A stretch of DNA of 63,680 nt, the filler included, from Reticulomyxa filosa (lineage: Eukaryota; Protista; Foraminifera): the NCBI GenBank assembly GCA_000512085.1. It is 19 parts of 19 records of this genome, joined end to end, with 100 filler letters (N's around TTAATTAATTAA, not from the genome) between each part and the next. Parts side by side here need not be neighbours in the genome. Positions count along the whole stretch, not along the records: positions 1 to 5,379 come from ASPP01009775.1; positions 5,480 to 16,056 come from ASPP01002480.1; 17 more parts are not named here. One strand, 5' to 3'. A model generated the notes under the pieces. It was not told where the DNA came from, ran no database searches, and saw only the letters and a list, made by a program, of their open reading frames with translations. Position numbers and translations under genes: made by a program. Of the stretch, positions 1 to 12,789 are shown one piece after another. Each line of letters starts with the position of its first letter. Positions within the stretch are counted from its first letter, which is position 1.

Positions 1-576
1 AAAAAAAAAAATACAAAGATCAAAAATTACTACATTTTAGTTTAAAATACGACAAAATAATTACCTACGATTGAGATTCTAAAATTCTGGTATTGTGGTT
101 GCAAAAAATCAAAACGAAATAATCTTGTTTTTTTTAAACTACGATCCCCTCTTCTTGTTCCACTGTGTTTAACTTTTTTGTGTTTTTGTAGTGCCGAAGG
201 TTAGATTTATTTGCTTTCTCCTAAGAGAGGATGTACATTACACAAACTTGACTTACATTTAAATGTATAACTGAGCCAACACTTTTACATTTTTAAATAG
301 AAAATCGATAATGATCCCCCCCCTCCGTCGAACACGTTGTCACATTAAATAAAAACTAAAAAAATTAATGACAGTCCAAAAATTTTATACTCTCATAAGC
401 GCGTTGTGCCAAGTTTTTCATTGTAATTTTGAAAAACCTCGGGGTATACTCAAATTTTGCAACAATAACAAACGAGATTTACACTGGACCAAAGACTATT
501 TACCAAAACAAAATGAGCTATTCCAAACAAAATTTTAAAAGGCTCTTTTTGTCACTTGCAAAAAATGAAAAAACTT

Positions 577-2230
577 TTAAGATAAGTAATGTATTATTTG
601 CTTTACCTCTTGTATTTCATCCAAATGGGAATATTGCATACAATTACCAGGTTTTGCGGTTAAATCCAATTTAGCGTTTAAATTTCTGCTTTTTTTCAAA
701 AATTCTTCTTGTGAGTCCTTTTTAAAACAAAACAGAGCTTCTTTATTTAAATAAACAAAAAAAATGCAATTAAAGTACCTTGAAGGATTGTACAATATTT
801 TTCAGTTCAAACACAAACTTTGACGTTTGATTGTTTTCGTGTTTGATCCCCCTTTGTTGAGATTTGAGCTCAGGACGCAGAGTGGATATTGAAAAGGTAG
901 TGAATGTGGGCAATTTTGTTGGTGAAAGTTGTGTACTAAATTGAGGCTCACAAATATCGGCTTGCACACCAATTTCATTTTGAGTGGCTTGGATTGCCAC
1001 ATCATGACGTGATAAAAGTTCCGTTGGCGTAACCCTGCTATTGACCACTTCAGTACTGTCTCTCTTTTCGGAGTTTTGTGCCGCAACCAAAATGATTGAG
1101 GTTTCTAGTCGGATTTCTTTTTCTTTTTGTATATTTATGCATGTTTTATCACTTGTCAAAACTATTCACGAGCAAAACACCAATGCCAGTTTTACCAGAA
1201 GTTTTTCAATGATTCAATATTTAATTATTAAAGTTTTTTCCACTCGCTTTGCATATGAGCAAACAATACCTTCTGCTTCCTCTTCTGAGATATGTGACTC
1301 TTGTCTGTCGTTGCTACTTTCTGTAGTTTTTTTAAAACTCTGATCTGCTTTGTTAGGTTTTGGACTAAGATGCTCAAACTTTTCATTTGGAATATCGTCT
1401 TCTTCTTGAATTTCTTCTTCGGTTAAGGATGCAGAATATGCATCGTCTGAGTAGCTATCCGATCGTTGTGTTTTAACGGGGCTGTTTATCTCTTTGATAT
1501 TAACCTTAATACTATTTCTACCAGCGTCGTCTTGTCTTTTATTTATTTATTTATCTTTGCTAGTTTTGTTCTCTCACAATTGGAGAATAGAGTCAAAAGA
1601 ACTTTTGGTCTAAGTCTTTTGCAATAAGTTTGTTGGTGTCTTCTTCAAACGAAATTTCTGAACTCAAATCAAGCTCTAAAGGTTTAAAGTGAGAATTATG
1701 TTCCGTGTTATTCGTCTTGTCGTGTTCTATCTATTTTTATAAGTATACACTCCGTGCAACAAAAAAAACAAAAAATAAAAAATGAAAAACCTTCAAATTT
1801 TGCTCTGCCGTTTCATTGGCTTGACCATTCTGTTTATTGTCAATTAAATTTTGTGCTGGTTGTTCTATCTCTGACGTTGGACTAGTCTTTTTTGGTCGAG
1901 TGACTGCTCTGACTTCCTGTCGAAGAAATAAAAACAATAGTAAATTAATAAAAACAGTTGGTCCATTTCAGCACATAACTCCATTGTCTTCGAAGGATAT
2001 GTCAAAATTGTTATCTTCCATATCTGCATCTGTAGCTGAGTCTGCAGAGTACAGATTATCTAAGTCCTTATTGCTTTCCAAAAGTGCACTCAGCCGTTGT
2101 TCTAAATCGTGCGTTGGGGATTCCAACTGTTCTGAGTGTCAAAAAATTCGTGTTTGGCCTTACGCTCTGAAGAAAGTTAACAATTTTGGTCTTTTTTTTT
2201 ACCTTTTTCGTTAGAAAAAAAACCATCCAT
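577..2230 (-). CDS. Multi-exon hypothetical protein (Ser/Thr/acidic-rich); 3' end uncertain
   Basis: ATG at 2230 (MDGFFSNEK) then GT..CAG intron joining in phase to EQLESPTHDLEQRLSALLESNKDLD. Further exons overlap ORFs 1737-1937, 770-1159 and 577-795. No domain recognised. Confidence 0.55.
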
Positions 2231-2534
2231 ATTTTGGCGTGAACCGCACCTTTTCATATTTTTTAAAAGCAAAAATTAATGACGCAATTTTGATGCTTTT
2301 GAAAATCAAAGAAAATCATTGCCCTTTAGTTGGAAAAGGAATATAGTTGTTTGTTCTCGTACAAACAAAGTTTTGTTGCGAACTAAAAATTGAAACCCAC
2401 CTCAACATTTGAATTAAAAAAAAAAGAATGACAGATTTTTGGTTTGAACATCAAAAGTGCTCTTTTTTTTTTGAAAGGGTTGAAATGATTCCTTCGCTTC
2501 TGTTCGATCAACGCAACATGAAATAATCATCCGC

Positions 2535-2902
2535 TTATTGGACGTTGCTGTTTGGAGATTTCTTCTTTGGTCCTCCAGTTGCTGCCTCCATTACTTTCTT
2601 TTCGTCTGTATAAACGAATAACAAAAAAAAAAATTTCGTAAGAAAATTCGCAAATTGGTAAAATCAATAACAGATAATTTTAATAAAAGAGTAAACATAC
2701 ACATCAATCTCTTCTTTGCTCGGCCCAAAGGAGTTTTCTTCTTTGGTTGTTTTTCTACTTTTGGGGTGGCAGCGCGCACTTTTCCTGCACGTGACAATGA
2801 TCCGTGTTGTTTTCCTGGTGGTTGTGGTTAAACAAAATCACAACAACAAAATTTGGGCAAATTTTTTTAAGAACATTGAGAAAAAATGTAACACCAACCC
2901 AT
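2535..2902 (-). CDS. RPS30: 40S ribosomal protein S30 (eS30), 3 exons, no ubiquitin-like leader
   Basis: Spliced product [62 protein letters not shown]. Exon 1 is ATGG (2902-2899); GT-AG introns are in phase. Confidence 0.96.
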
Positions 2903-3326
2903 GGTTTCTTCTTTTCTTTTTTTCTTTCAAAAAAGATGATCAAATGCTGGAAATAAAACAAGCGAATGAAGTGAAAAGGATTTTTTTTTTGCAGACCCTT
3001 TGAGACCTTTCAATATTTTTGCAAGAGAAATTGTTAGTATCATGTGAAATTATTTACGGCACAATGAATTTTTGTTGTTAATCGAGTAACAAAAAAAATT
3101 TACCAAGAAAAAAAAAGAAAAAAAAAGAAAAAAAAAAAAGAAAGATAATGTACGTTGCATATTTTGTGCAATCATTAACTTGAAAAAACAGGAAATGAGA
3201 AAAATGGATGAAATTGAAAATGAGGATATTTATATTGCATCTTCCCCCTTCCCTTCTGCCCTCGCCCCGCCCCCCTCCCCCCCTTCCCCTCCAAGTTTCC
3301 CTTCCAACCTTCTTTACTACCCGCTC

Positions 3327-5015
3327 TATTTGATACTCGTTTCCTCATTCAACTTCTTCCAGTGAAAGACACCAAAATTCCTCGTTTTCTCTTCCTGTTT
3401 CTTTAACTTTTTCCTTCACCATTGTTGGCATATTCGTCTTCACCATTGTCGACGTATTCGTCTTCAACACAGTTACCACTAACTGACTCTTGTATTGAAG
3501 GCATCAAAGCGCGATAAGGCTTTTCTTTCGTGACAGCCACAGCAAGATCATAAACATGTTGCATGTACAAGTTCGAGAGCTTGAGCCGAATCTTTTCAAA
3601 CTCAAAGTCGTCACCTGTCAATTCATCCACCGACATGACATTAATTTCGTGTAGGTCGTTAAGTAAGCGTTCCAATTCAACTCGTTTTAGCCATTCCTCC
3701 AAGTTTTCAGGGTGCTGTTTGCAAGCAAAGCAAAGGGGGGGGGGGGGGGTCATTATATACATACACATATATATACATATATATATATATATATACGTAT
3801 ATGTATATAACGAGTGCTCGGAGCATGCCAAAAAAAGAACAAAAAAAAAAGATACAAGACGAAAGACTGAACTCTTCTAGTACTAGATTCAGAAAGTGCC
3901 ATACGAATGTCAGAAGTATGTTTTACAGACGATGAAAAGCCTTTTTTTTAAATACCATTTAAAAAAAAAAAAAAAAAAAAAAAATTTAAAAAATGTACAT
4001 ACATATATGATATAAAAAAAAAAAAAAACAAACTAGAGTTTTCGGTCAGTAAGTCTTCGCGGCGAAGAGGATTGAACAGCAACAGAAGCTCTTGCGACTT
4101 TGACGAGCTCGGCATTTTGTTTGATGAGCACTTTCAAATTTTTGCAAATTTCGGAGCACGCTTCCACAGGGGTCAGCACCAAGCGTTTTCCAAAGTGTTG
4201 GCAATGATAAGCAATTCCTTTCCAATCAGAGACTTTTCTTTCCACATTTTCTATATATATATATATACATAAACATGTATATACATATATATATATATAT
4301 ATGTAATTTTGCACCGAAAAATAGAAAAAGTTTATCAAACGTATACATATTATATATAATATAATATGTATACGTTTGATAATATTATCGGCAATGTACA
4401 CGTCATATTCACTATCCATATAATCCCTGGAAGCATCGACATCGACACCTGTGGGGTATGGCCAGGGGATAAGCACTCGCTTATTCCCGGAGACGTATTC
4501 GGCGACGGCGCAGAGTAAGGACAAGACGCCGAGTGCGATTTGAAGAAAAGGTGCAGGCTTTTCTGGCTTGGGCGACATGATGCGCGAAGAGACGGAAGGC
4601 AAAGGATGTCGAAGACGGAACTTGACAAAGACGCAGAGCATTTCGATGGAAATGGACTTTAAGAACTCGTTGTTTGCAATTTGGCATGCGTAGGTACCTT
4701 TGAGCACGTCGTGTTTCCAGGCTTTGAGCAGCATAATTGCCTCGCGAGTAGCAAGTGAGCGCTTGCGAATGTAAATGACACTGAGCAAGCTCAAAGAAGC
4801 GCTCATGTTGGTAAACAAGAACTCGCGTTCTTTGCTTTCCTCATTGCACTCGGCCATCAATTCCGCTAGCTCTTTGCTCTCTTTTTCTAATCGACTTCGC
4901 ATTGATGCGAGTTCTTTGTTGGTAAAGTACTTGACCCATCGATGTTTATTTTTGTAACTGTTATTATTGCTATTGCTATTGCTATTATTGTTATTATTGT
5001 TATTATTGTTATTGC

Positions 5016-5051
<36 letters not shown>

Positions 5052-5340
5052 CATTATTATTATTATTATTATTATCTTTGTCACTCCTATTGTCACTGTC
5101 ATCACTCATGGAATGAATACTATCATTGCTGTCAGTACTATTCTTATGTCTGCTCTTTTCATTATCTTTGTCACTTTCTGGAAATTTGCAATGTGTACGT
5201 ATGTCTTTGGAAAAGGCCACCAGCAAGTCGAATCCAAAGCCATGGTACTTAATTTGCAAGTTTTTCGACGGATTGGCCAACACCTTATACTCACTTCGAA
5301 ATGGAATCTCAGGATGGATACGATCTTGATAGTTAATGAA

Positions 5341-5379
<39 letters not shown>
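3327..5379 (-). CDS. Hypothetical multi-exon protein with poly-Asn tract and C-terminal SAM-like domain; 5' truncated by gap, 3' end approximate
   Basis: ORFs 4033-5283 and 3403-3831 are interrupted by (TA)n introns. LEEWLKRVELERLLNDLHEINVMSVDELT fits the SAM helix 1-3 pattern. Acidic tail follows. Confidence 0.55.
4960..5075. repeat. (AAT/ATT)n microsatellite encoding poly-Asn on the minus strand
   Basis: Long TTA/TTG trinucleotide run; another at 5341-5379 where the contig breaks. Confidence 0.95.
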
Positions 5380-5479
5380 NNNNNNNNNNNNNNNNNNNNN
5401 NNNNNNNNNNNNNNNNNNNNNNNTTAATTAATTAANNNNNNNNNNNNNNNNNNNNNNNNNNNNNNNNNNNNNNNNNNNN
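5380..5479. other. Artificial contig-joining spacer (44N-TTAATTAATTAA-44N). First of 18; others start at 16057, 19061, 21428, 33019, 34884, 36407, 37766, 39173, 40816, 42005, 44773, 46359, 48790, 50766, 55362, 57776, 61971
   Basis: Identical 100-bp structure each time. The 12-mer puts stop codons in all six frames. Genes on either side are truncated and unrelated. Confidence 0.98.
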
Positions 5480-5589
5480 CTGGAAGAAGTTGTCCCGCTT
5501 TTGGCATGTGATTAAAGTTGCCAAATGTCACGACTGAGATGTATTGACATAAAACTGCTATCACTTGTTTCATTTTTCAAAAAAATATC

Positions 5590-6130
5590 CATGTTTCATT
5601 TAAACAGCAAAAAAAGAATGTGTAAAGATTTAGCGATTTTACCATAACACAGATAATGTATCTTTGAATGAGAAAAAGTAAAAGGAAAAAAACATCAAAT
5701 TTTGCAACAAATCTTTAACTAGTTTCGACAGTCCCTTTCAATCTATCTTCATCGTGCGTACGGTAGCAGTTTTGCTTTTTTAATCACTTTTTATTATTTT
5801 ACTTTATCTTTAAAAAAAATGTGTTTTATCCAGATGATATCATGGCAAAAAGTGTGTAGTAAGCGTAGTTTGTTCTCAACAGACAAACATTACAACTTCG
5901 AAAATAAAAAAAATTGAATCAATCTCCCCTTGTGATCAATAGTATTGGTTAATAACTTTATATAATTTTCATTCAATAAATCAAATCAACAACATAATAA
6001 CTAACTTACCTGAACGAAAAATCAATTTTCTAGTTACATGAACAAAACAGTGTCATTTTTAAAAAACATGATCAAAAAATTTAAAAAAGACCCACAATTT
6101 TAAATATTCATGAACATCAAAGACTGTCAC
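5590..6130 (+). repeat. Dispersed non-coding repeat family, copy A
   Basis: Co-linear with 9215-9727 (tttagcgattttaccataac vs tttagtgattttaccataac; gtagtttgttctcaac vs gtagtttgttctcaaa) and with the reverse complement of 10020-10300. Confidence 0.8.
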
Positions 6131-9100
6131 ATTTTTATAAAAAAATAATTGATTTGTAAGTTGACATGATATATCTTATTGAAATTAGGAATATTATTTG
6201 TTTGTTTGGTTTTTGGATTTTATTCGAATGAAAAATTATGAGTAATAAAAAAAAAAGAAACTCCCTTTTTGAAAACTGTCTAATAATTTTTTGATCAAAG
6301 CTGACAAAACACAATAAATGTTAAATTCAAATTGTGGATTTTATATGTCTCATGGAATATATAAACGTCATAAAATAAATATTGAGTTGAATTTTACAAG
6401 CAACATTGCGATGACTCTTTCAAAGCTGCTTTTCATTTCAAGATCGAAAGTGTTCCGTTGAGATATTAACGATAGTATAAAAGTCACCATAATCATTAGA
6501 ACAAAAAGGGATCGTGGCGCAAATTTAAACTTCTTTCATTGTAAATACATTTTATCAATATATTCAGAAATAAAGCGACAAATAATAAATCCTGAAAAAC
6601 GCAAAAAAAGGGAATTAGATCCAAATTATTTTGTAACAACGTATTCATTGTCAAAAGGGAATTTTTTTATGAATGATGCAGGAAAAAGGGAAAGAAGCTG
6701 TGACGATCATGTTCACTCTGTATTACAAACTGTATTGTGTATATAATTTGAATATATACGCAAATAACAGATGTTGTGCTTCAATTAAAAACATCCGATA
6801 AAAAATATTGATAGAAAAGTTGTTTTTTTAATTTCACTAATTCAAACAAATAACATACGCTAATCAATTTTCATAATAATTATTTGCATTGTCACAGTAA
6901 TTTGTTATGTTCACAATTTGTCAAAAGTCTTTACATTCAAGAACAATCACACATGGGGAAAGTTAAATATGTTGTTAACATGCTTTTGAAGCAGTATGAT
7001 AATGTCAATTGCAAAAAACACATCAATTAAAAAAACAAAGTTACAATTTATCTCATTATCGTCGGACTTACCAAAAATCAATTTTTGTTTTCGGATTTTT
7101 TATGAAACGTTTTTAATGTTTTCTTTAATACCGATTGATTGTTTTGAATTTGCAAATAAAGACATTCCAATAATTGTGTTGACAAAAAAAATTATAAAAT
7201 AATATTTTTATTGTCTTAAATATTTTGATTATTTATTTTCTATTTTCAACTTCTTTACTGTCATTATATTCACATTTTCTTTTTCTCAACAGTCTGTGGT
7301 TCTTTTGAAGTATGTCTTCACCGATACTAGAAGAAACAAAAGTAAACAAGCAAGTGTTTTTATGAATTCTCCAAGTTGTCAAAAATAATTAAGCTAAAAG
7401 CAATTGTCTTGACAACAATCTACATGTTTTTGTTCACACTTGTCCTTGTTAGTGAGTATGGAAAACGTTTCTGGTGGCAACAATGAAGTTTTTAGTTTTT
7501 TTTTTATTATGACTCGGCAAATGTTACGAAAACACTTGAGAAAAAATTATACGTAATTACAACAAAAGGCAACAACTTGCGTGTATTGTATCACATCATA
7601 ATGACGATCAAAAATAATTTGTAATTCCTCTTTCAATATTTTTGTAAGAATAAATCTCTTTTATTATCTCCAGTCTTGAAATCTTATCAAAAAAAGTGAA
7701 TTTACTTCTAAATAGTCTTTCTGACTAGATTGATTCTTCGAGTTAACTCTTTTCGTTCCAAACTTTTAATTTTGCTACTTCGTCAATTTGACAACATTAT
7801 TAAATTATATAGTTAAAATTAGTGTCATGTAATAGTTTGTAAATAATATTTGTGCTGTTTGATGCTGTTATTGCATATTTTAATTTAAAGATGTCAATTT
7901 CTGATAAATCTGAGAAATGCTATGTTATTTCAGCCAAAATTATGATTCTTTTTAAAAAGTGTCATTAATCAAATAATATTTGCTATTTAAATAAAATAAA
8001 TGTGATGAACAATTAAAAATTTTATTTTAATATAAATAATGTGTTTTCAATCAAAAAAGTTTCCTTAATGTAATTACCTTTTTCCAATTCTTTGGTAGAA
8101 TTTTTCATATAAAAATATGTTTAGCCTACGTTCAAACAAAAGCACATGTACTGCACATTTTTTAAGTAGTTATTTTTTAAAAAAAGAAGTTGTAAGCTCT
8201 GAGAACTAAAATAATTTTTTTTGAAATTTGCAATGAAAATAATAATTACATTTATTTATTCTAAAAATAAACGAAAAAAAGCAATAAAATACTGATTTCA
8301 TTATATTTTTTTTCATTCATGCTATCACTTAATGTAAAGAAATAAAAGGTTAACTTTAATATTATGCCAACTCAGAAAGATGTAAGAGCTGACTGTCGTT
8401 TTGAAAAGATTGAAAGAATAATAAGACAAATATTTTCACTGATTGTTTGATTTGCCGTTTTTTATCTATTTTTTAATAACATTATTATTTGTTAATTAGC
8501 TGCGAAATATTTGCAAACAACATATATTGCACATTTTAAAAGGCATTGACTTGGTGAAGATAAAGAGAAATATGATAGTAATCATTATAATAACGGTTGC
8601 AACAATAAAAGCAAATTCACTGTCTAATGATAAATCTGCAAAACATGTTTTCTTTCTCCAAACAAAGTAAGAACATAGCAATATACACAAAAACCATCGT
8701 AGCATGAAAAAAGGAGAATGCCTCGAATGAAAGACATTAACAACACATCGACATGTTAGCAAAATTGTGTTGATAATCTGTAATTTAAGTCATGATATGG
8801 TAACAACGTCAATATTTTCATTGTTATTTGCACACTATGTCCTTTCATCAACAAATACACTGTCTTTTCCATCAGTCGCATTTGTGTATGTATTTATATT
8901 TGTGGCTGTCATTGTACTTGTAATTGTAAGCGTTGGATTGATTTGGACTCAGCGTCTGTAACGTATTGACGTCATCCAAATATACCCAAAGTAAAAGTAT
9001 GTAATTATTTAAGTTGTGAATGACTTGTACTGTCTGTAATTGTCGTTTCGTCAATGAAAATAAAACTATTATTTTGTGATAGAAAGCACTTAAAAAAAGA

Positions 9101-9214
9101 ATAATAAGTACATATTTGACAGAATTATTTTCAACAAATCCAATGAATGTTTAGCCGATTCATGGAAATGATATACAATGATATGTATATTCACGTATAG
9201 CTGTTTGAACTAAA

Positions 9215-9727
9215 AATTTCATTTAAACAATGTACAAAAGTTTAGTGATTTTACCATAACATGAATAATATATCTTTCAATTGGGAAAATTGAAAGTGAA
9301 AAAAATACCAAATTCTGCAACAAAATCTTTGACTAAGTTCGACGAATCTATATCAATCCATTTTCCAAACTAATGACCTTTTTTGTTTTCAAAAAAGTCA
9401 AGAAAAGTGTCTTTAATTACGCGTTCAATAACAGTTCTCTTTTTTTTCTCAGTTTTCTATTACTTTACGTTCTCTTTAAAAAAAACAGTTATGTAAAAGC
9501 CAGAAGATATGACGTGATCAAGCGAGCAGCAAGCTTGTAGTTTGTTCTCAAAAAACAAACATTACGTATTCAAAAAAAAACTGTAACTACGCTCCCCCTT
9601 GTACCCATTGATTTAGTTGATTATTTGGTATGATTTCTATTCAACAAAACAAATCAACAACACAATAACTACTTAAATAATAATTGCTGAATAAAAAACA
9701 ATTTTCTATTTACGTGAACAAAAACTA
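9215..9727 (+). repeat. Dispersed non-coding repeat family, copy B
   Basis: Diverged direct copy of 5590-6050, with a short insertion near 9370-9420. Confidence 0.8.
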
Positions 9728-10019
9728 GGTCTAGTTCAAATTTTGCTTGTATCTGTAATGTTGTTTTTGCTAATTGTGTTTTTACCACATCACACAGTGA
9801 CTTCAATTTAAAAAAACTAGTAAGCTAATCGTTGTTTTTCATTTGTGACAGTTTTCTGGATAGAACTTTTCTCCCTTTTTCATTGGATGACGTAATCATG
9901 ACATAAAAACAAATTAAAAATAATTATAACATCACAATAATCAGTTATCGTATTAAATTTCACAGCAACTATTTCTTTAAAAAGTCAAATATGGCTTTGA
10001 TACTAATAAATATTTACTG

Positions 10020-10300
10020 TTGTTTGTCATTTTATTGAAATTGTGGGTCCTTTTTAATTTTTTTGAGCCTGTTTTTTGAAAATGACCCAGTTTTGTTGTA
10101 TCATAAAAAACTGTTTTTTAAAATTTAGCGTAATAATGTGATTTAGTTGTTGTGTTTCTGTTTGTTTTGTGGAATAAAGGCCATATCAAATTATCAATCA
10201 AAACAATAGATTACAAGGGAGAGCTTAGTTCCAGTTTTTTATTTTCAAAGATGTAATGTCTATCTTTTAAGGACAAGCCACAAGTTTCTCGTGACTGTTT
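10020..10300 (-). repeat. Dispersed non-coding repeat family, copy C (inverted, partial)
   Basis: Reverse complement reads ...ctctcccttgtaatctattg...caaaactgggtcattttcaaaaaacagg...aaaaggacccacaatttcaat, matching 5925-6105 and 9590-9727. Confidence 0.75.
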
Positions 10301-12789
10301 GCTCTTGTTTAGGAATAGCGATGAAGTTTTTCATAGCTACAAATGAAATTTTGAGTTTTTGTCATTAGTAGTAACTTCTTTTCAGACGGCATTAGAAAAA
10401 ATTAAAAAGTTGAAGATTGCATATTATACAATTAGGACTATCAACCAAACATTACGTCTTTTGTTTGGAGAATCGTCTAATGTGTGGATTTAATTACTTT
10501 TTTCAGTTTGAAAGAATCTCCTAGGCTTTTGCTGTATTTAATGTATTTCAATAGCATTAAATAGTACAAGTATTCAGAAATTCCTTAAACAACTCTTTTA
10601 AATTATTCTTTTAAACCACTTTTGTTGCTCACTTAAAAAGAAACAGCAATTAGACACTTGGAGAAGTGTTATTGTTATTACCAGTGCTTTCAATTGGATT
10701 GAGGAAGCCTACCCATAAAGGATTCTGTCATCTGTGATGATAGTATAAGATTTGTCAAATGTATGGCACTTAAACAACTATACACGAATTTCATATCTAA
10801 ACGAGCAAGCATATATTGCCACAAAGAAATACATACATCAGCAACTTGTTTTCGATTGTCTGATTTTATCTTTGCATTTTTCAACAGAATTTTAGCTTTT
10901 TTGTTTGTATTTGTCATTATGTTGAATGTTATTTTTTAAAAGTACTCTTGTCTTTTTTAAACATGCTTGACAAGAGCAGCATTTTGTTGGTTCAATTGGC
11001 CTTACAGCATCTAAAGAGCAATTGCAGCGCGTCTACGTGGTCAAAAGAAAAAAAGAAAGTAGCAGTGTTGAAGTAACAAAACTGACTTGAAGGGTCTAAA
11101 TGGAACAAACTCTCAAAAATTATTAAATAGATACAAAAAACATATCTTAATTCATTTTAAAAAGCATATTTTTTGTTTCAACATTGATTAGGCCTTTTAA
11201 TATCAACAATAAATCTAATATCAAGAATCGTATGTCGAATATAATTAATTTCATTCAAATAATCACAAGTGTTTCGCGTAATAGGTAAATGCGCTTGCCT
11301 TTGAACTTCATCGCAGCAAAAGTACCACTTTCTTGCTCCTAGAAAGCACATTGTTGTTGGACCAGAGAAAACTGTTTCTCTGTTGGAGGAACAACAATGC
11401 ATCACAAATAAGCAGAATAAAAAAAGGGAACTACTTTATCTTTGCCATTTCATTCTAATTACTTTTTTCTCAAGCTGAACGATAAAAACAGACAATATCA
11501 TGGCCACATAAAATTTGTAACAATTGTCAACATATCTGTAGAATTGATTGTATCTTCAATTGATATCATACATTACCACTTTTATCATTTATCAAACTTA
11601 ATACAAGTGAAGCAATATCAATCACACAAATGTTCGTCATCTATACTAAACTTGTGCATTGTATATTCTCAATGCCAACACTAAATAGTCGGATAATATG
11701 TATGTACATTCAAGATATGTGCAAATCATATAATAACATAAGAATCACTCTAACCTCATATATGAGTAATATCTTCAAATAAAAAAATTGAACACATTAT
11801 TTTAATTAATTTGATAAAAGAACTCAATAGTTATAGATTTGACGAATGAATAAATAAAGAAATTTTTGAACTGAAAAATTATGATGAGTTGAAGAGTTTC
11901 TTAAAAAGGGTCTAGTTCCAGATTTTTTATTTTTTATGTTTCATCATCTGTTTTATTGCTTGTTTCCAAAGTTTACAAGGCTAGAATTTACATTCCCGGA
12001 TTGCCGAAGTGATTCTGCGTACGAAAGTGGTCAAAAGAGCTCAAAGAGACTACAATGATCTTTTATTTGAAAATATTTCGACATCTATGTCCAAATTATT
12101 GACATTATTTCATTTCCAATCGAAGATTTATTGCATGCCTTGCTTCAAGAAAATAAAACTATAATTTCTAAATTTTTAAGTATACATTCAAATAATCTAT
12201 TATTGATTTTAAAAAATAACATTGCATTAATTGTGATCTCACTGAAATTTACTTTCATCATTAGCTGAAATCTTTAATAAATGACCCCATTGACTGAGAG
12301 GTGACATGAAATAACTTGTTGTTAAGTGAAGTGTTTATTTCAATTTTTTTTTATGTCTAGCAGACGACATTGTCTAAATCTTCTAATATTTTATATCGTG
12401 TAATGTCACTTTGTTATTCAATATTTGGATCCTTTTGAAAGGATTTTGTGTTGTTCAAATCTCAGTACTATTCTTGCAAATTTAGCACATTTTTCGGTAA
12501 ATTTCCATCTGTTTTAATTTTTCTTTGATCTCATAGAAATAAATACAAAGGTTTATGTTTTGCCTTTTTCCTCATCGTTCTCCAATTATTTTTTTTTTGC
12601 TGAAGTTGACTGCTTGGTTATGTTTTCGATTGAATTAAGTACTCACATGTTATGCGTAATACAATTTATGCAATTGTTGTTATTTTCAAAATGCCCAAAT
12701 AATTTGTATTTAATTCAAGACAAAACTTGAAATGTGTTCAAAATGGCTTTTTAAAAAAAAGCAAAAATAAGACAAACAGACAATGGAAA

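Noticed and set aside
3240-3310. C-rich tract (minus-strand G-quadruplex potential); similar G-rich tract at 26630-26671
   Set aside because: Simple-sequence tracts are common in this window's UTRs and introns; nothing indicates function.
4887-5427. Poly-Ile 'membrane protein' ORFs
   Set aside because: Alternative-frame and antisense readings of the (AAT)n microsatellite.
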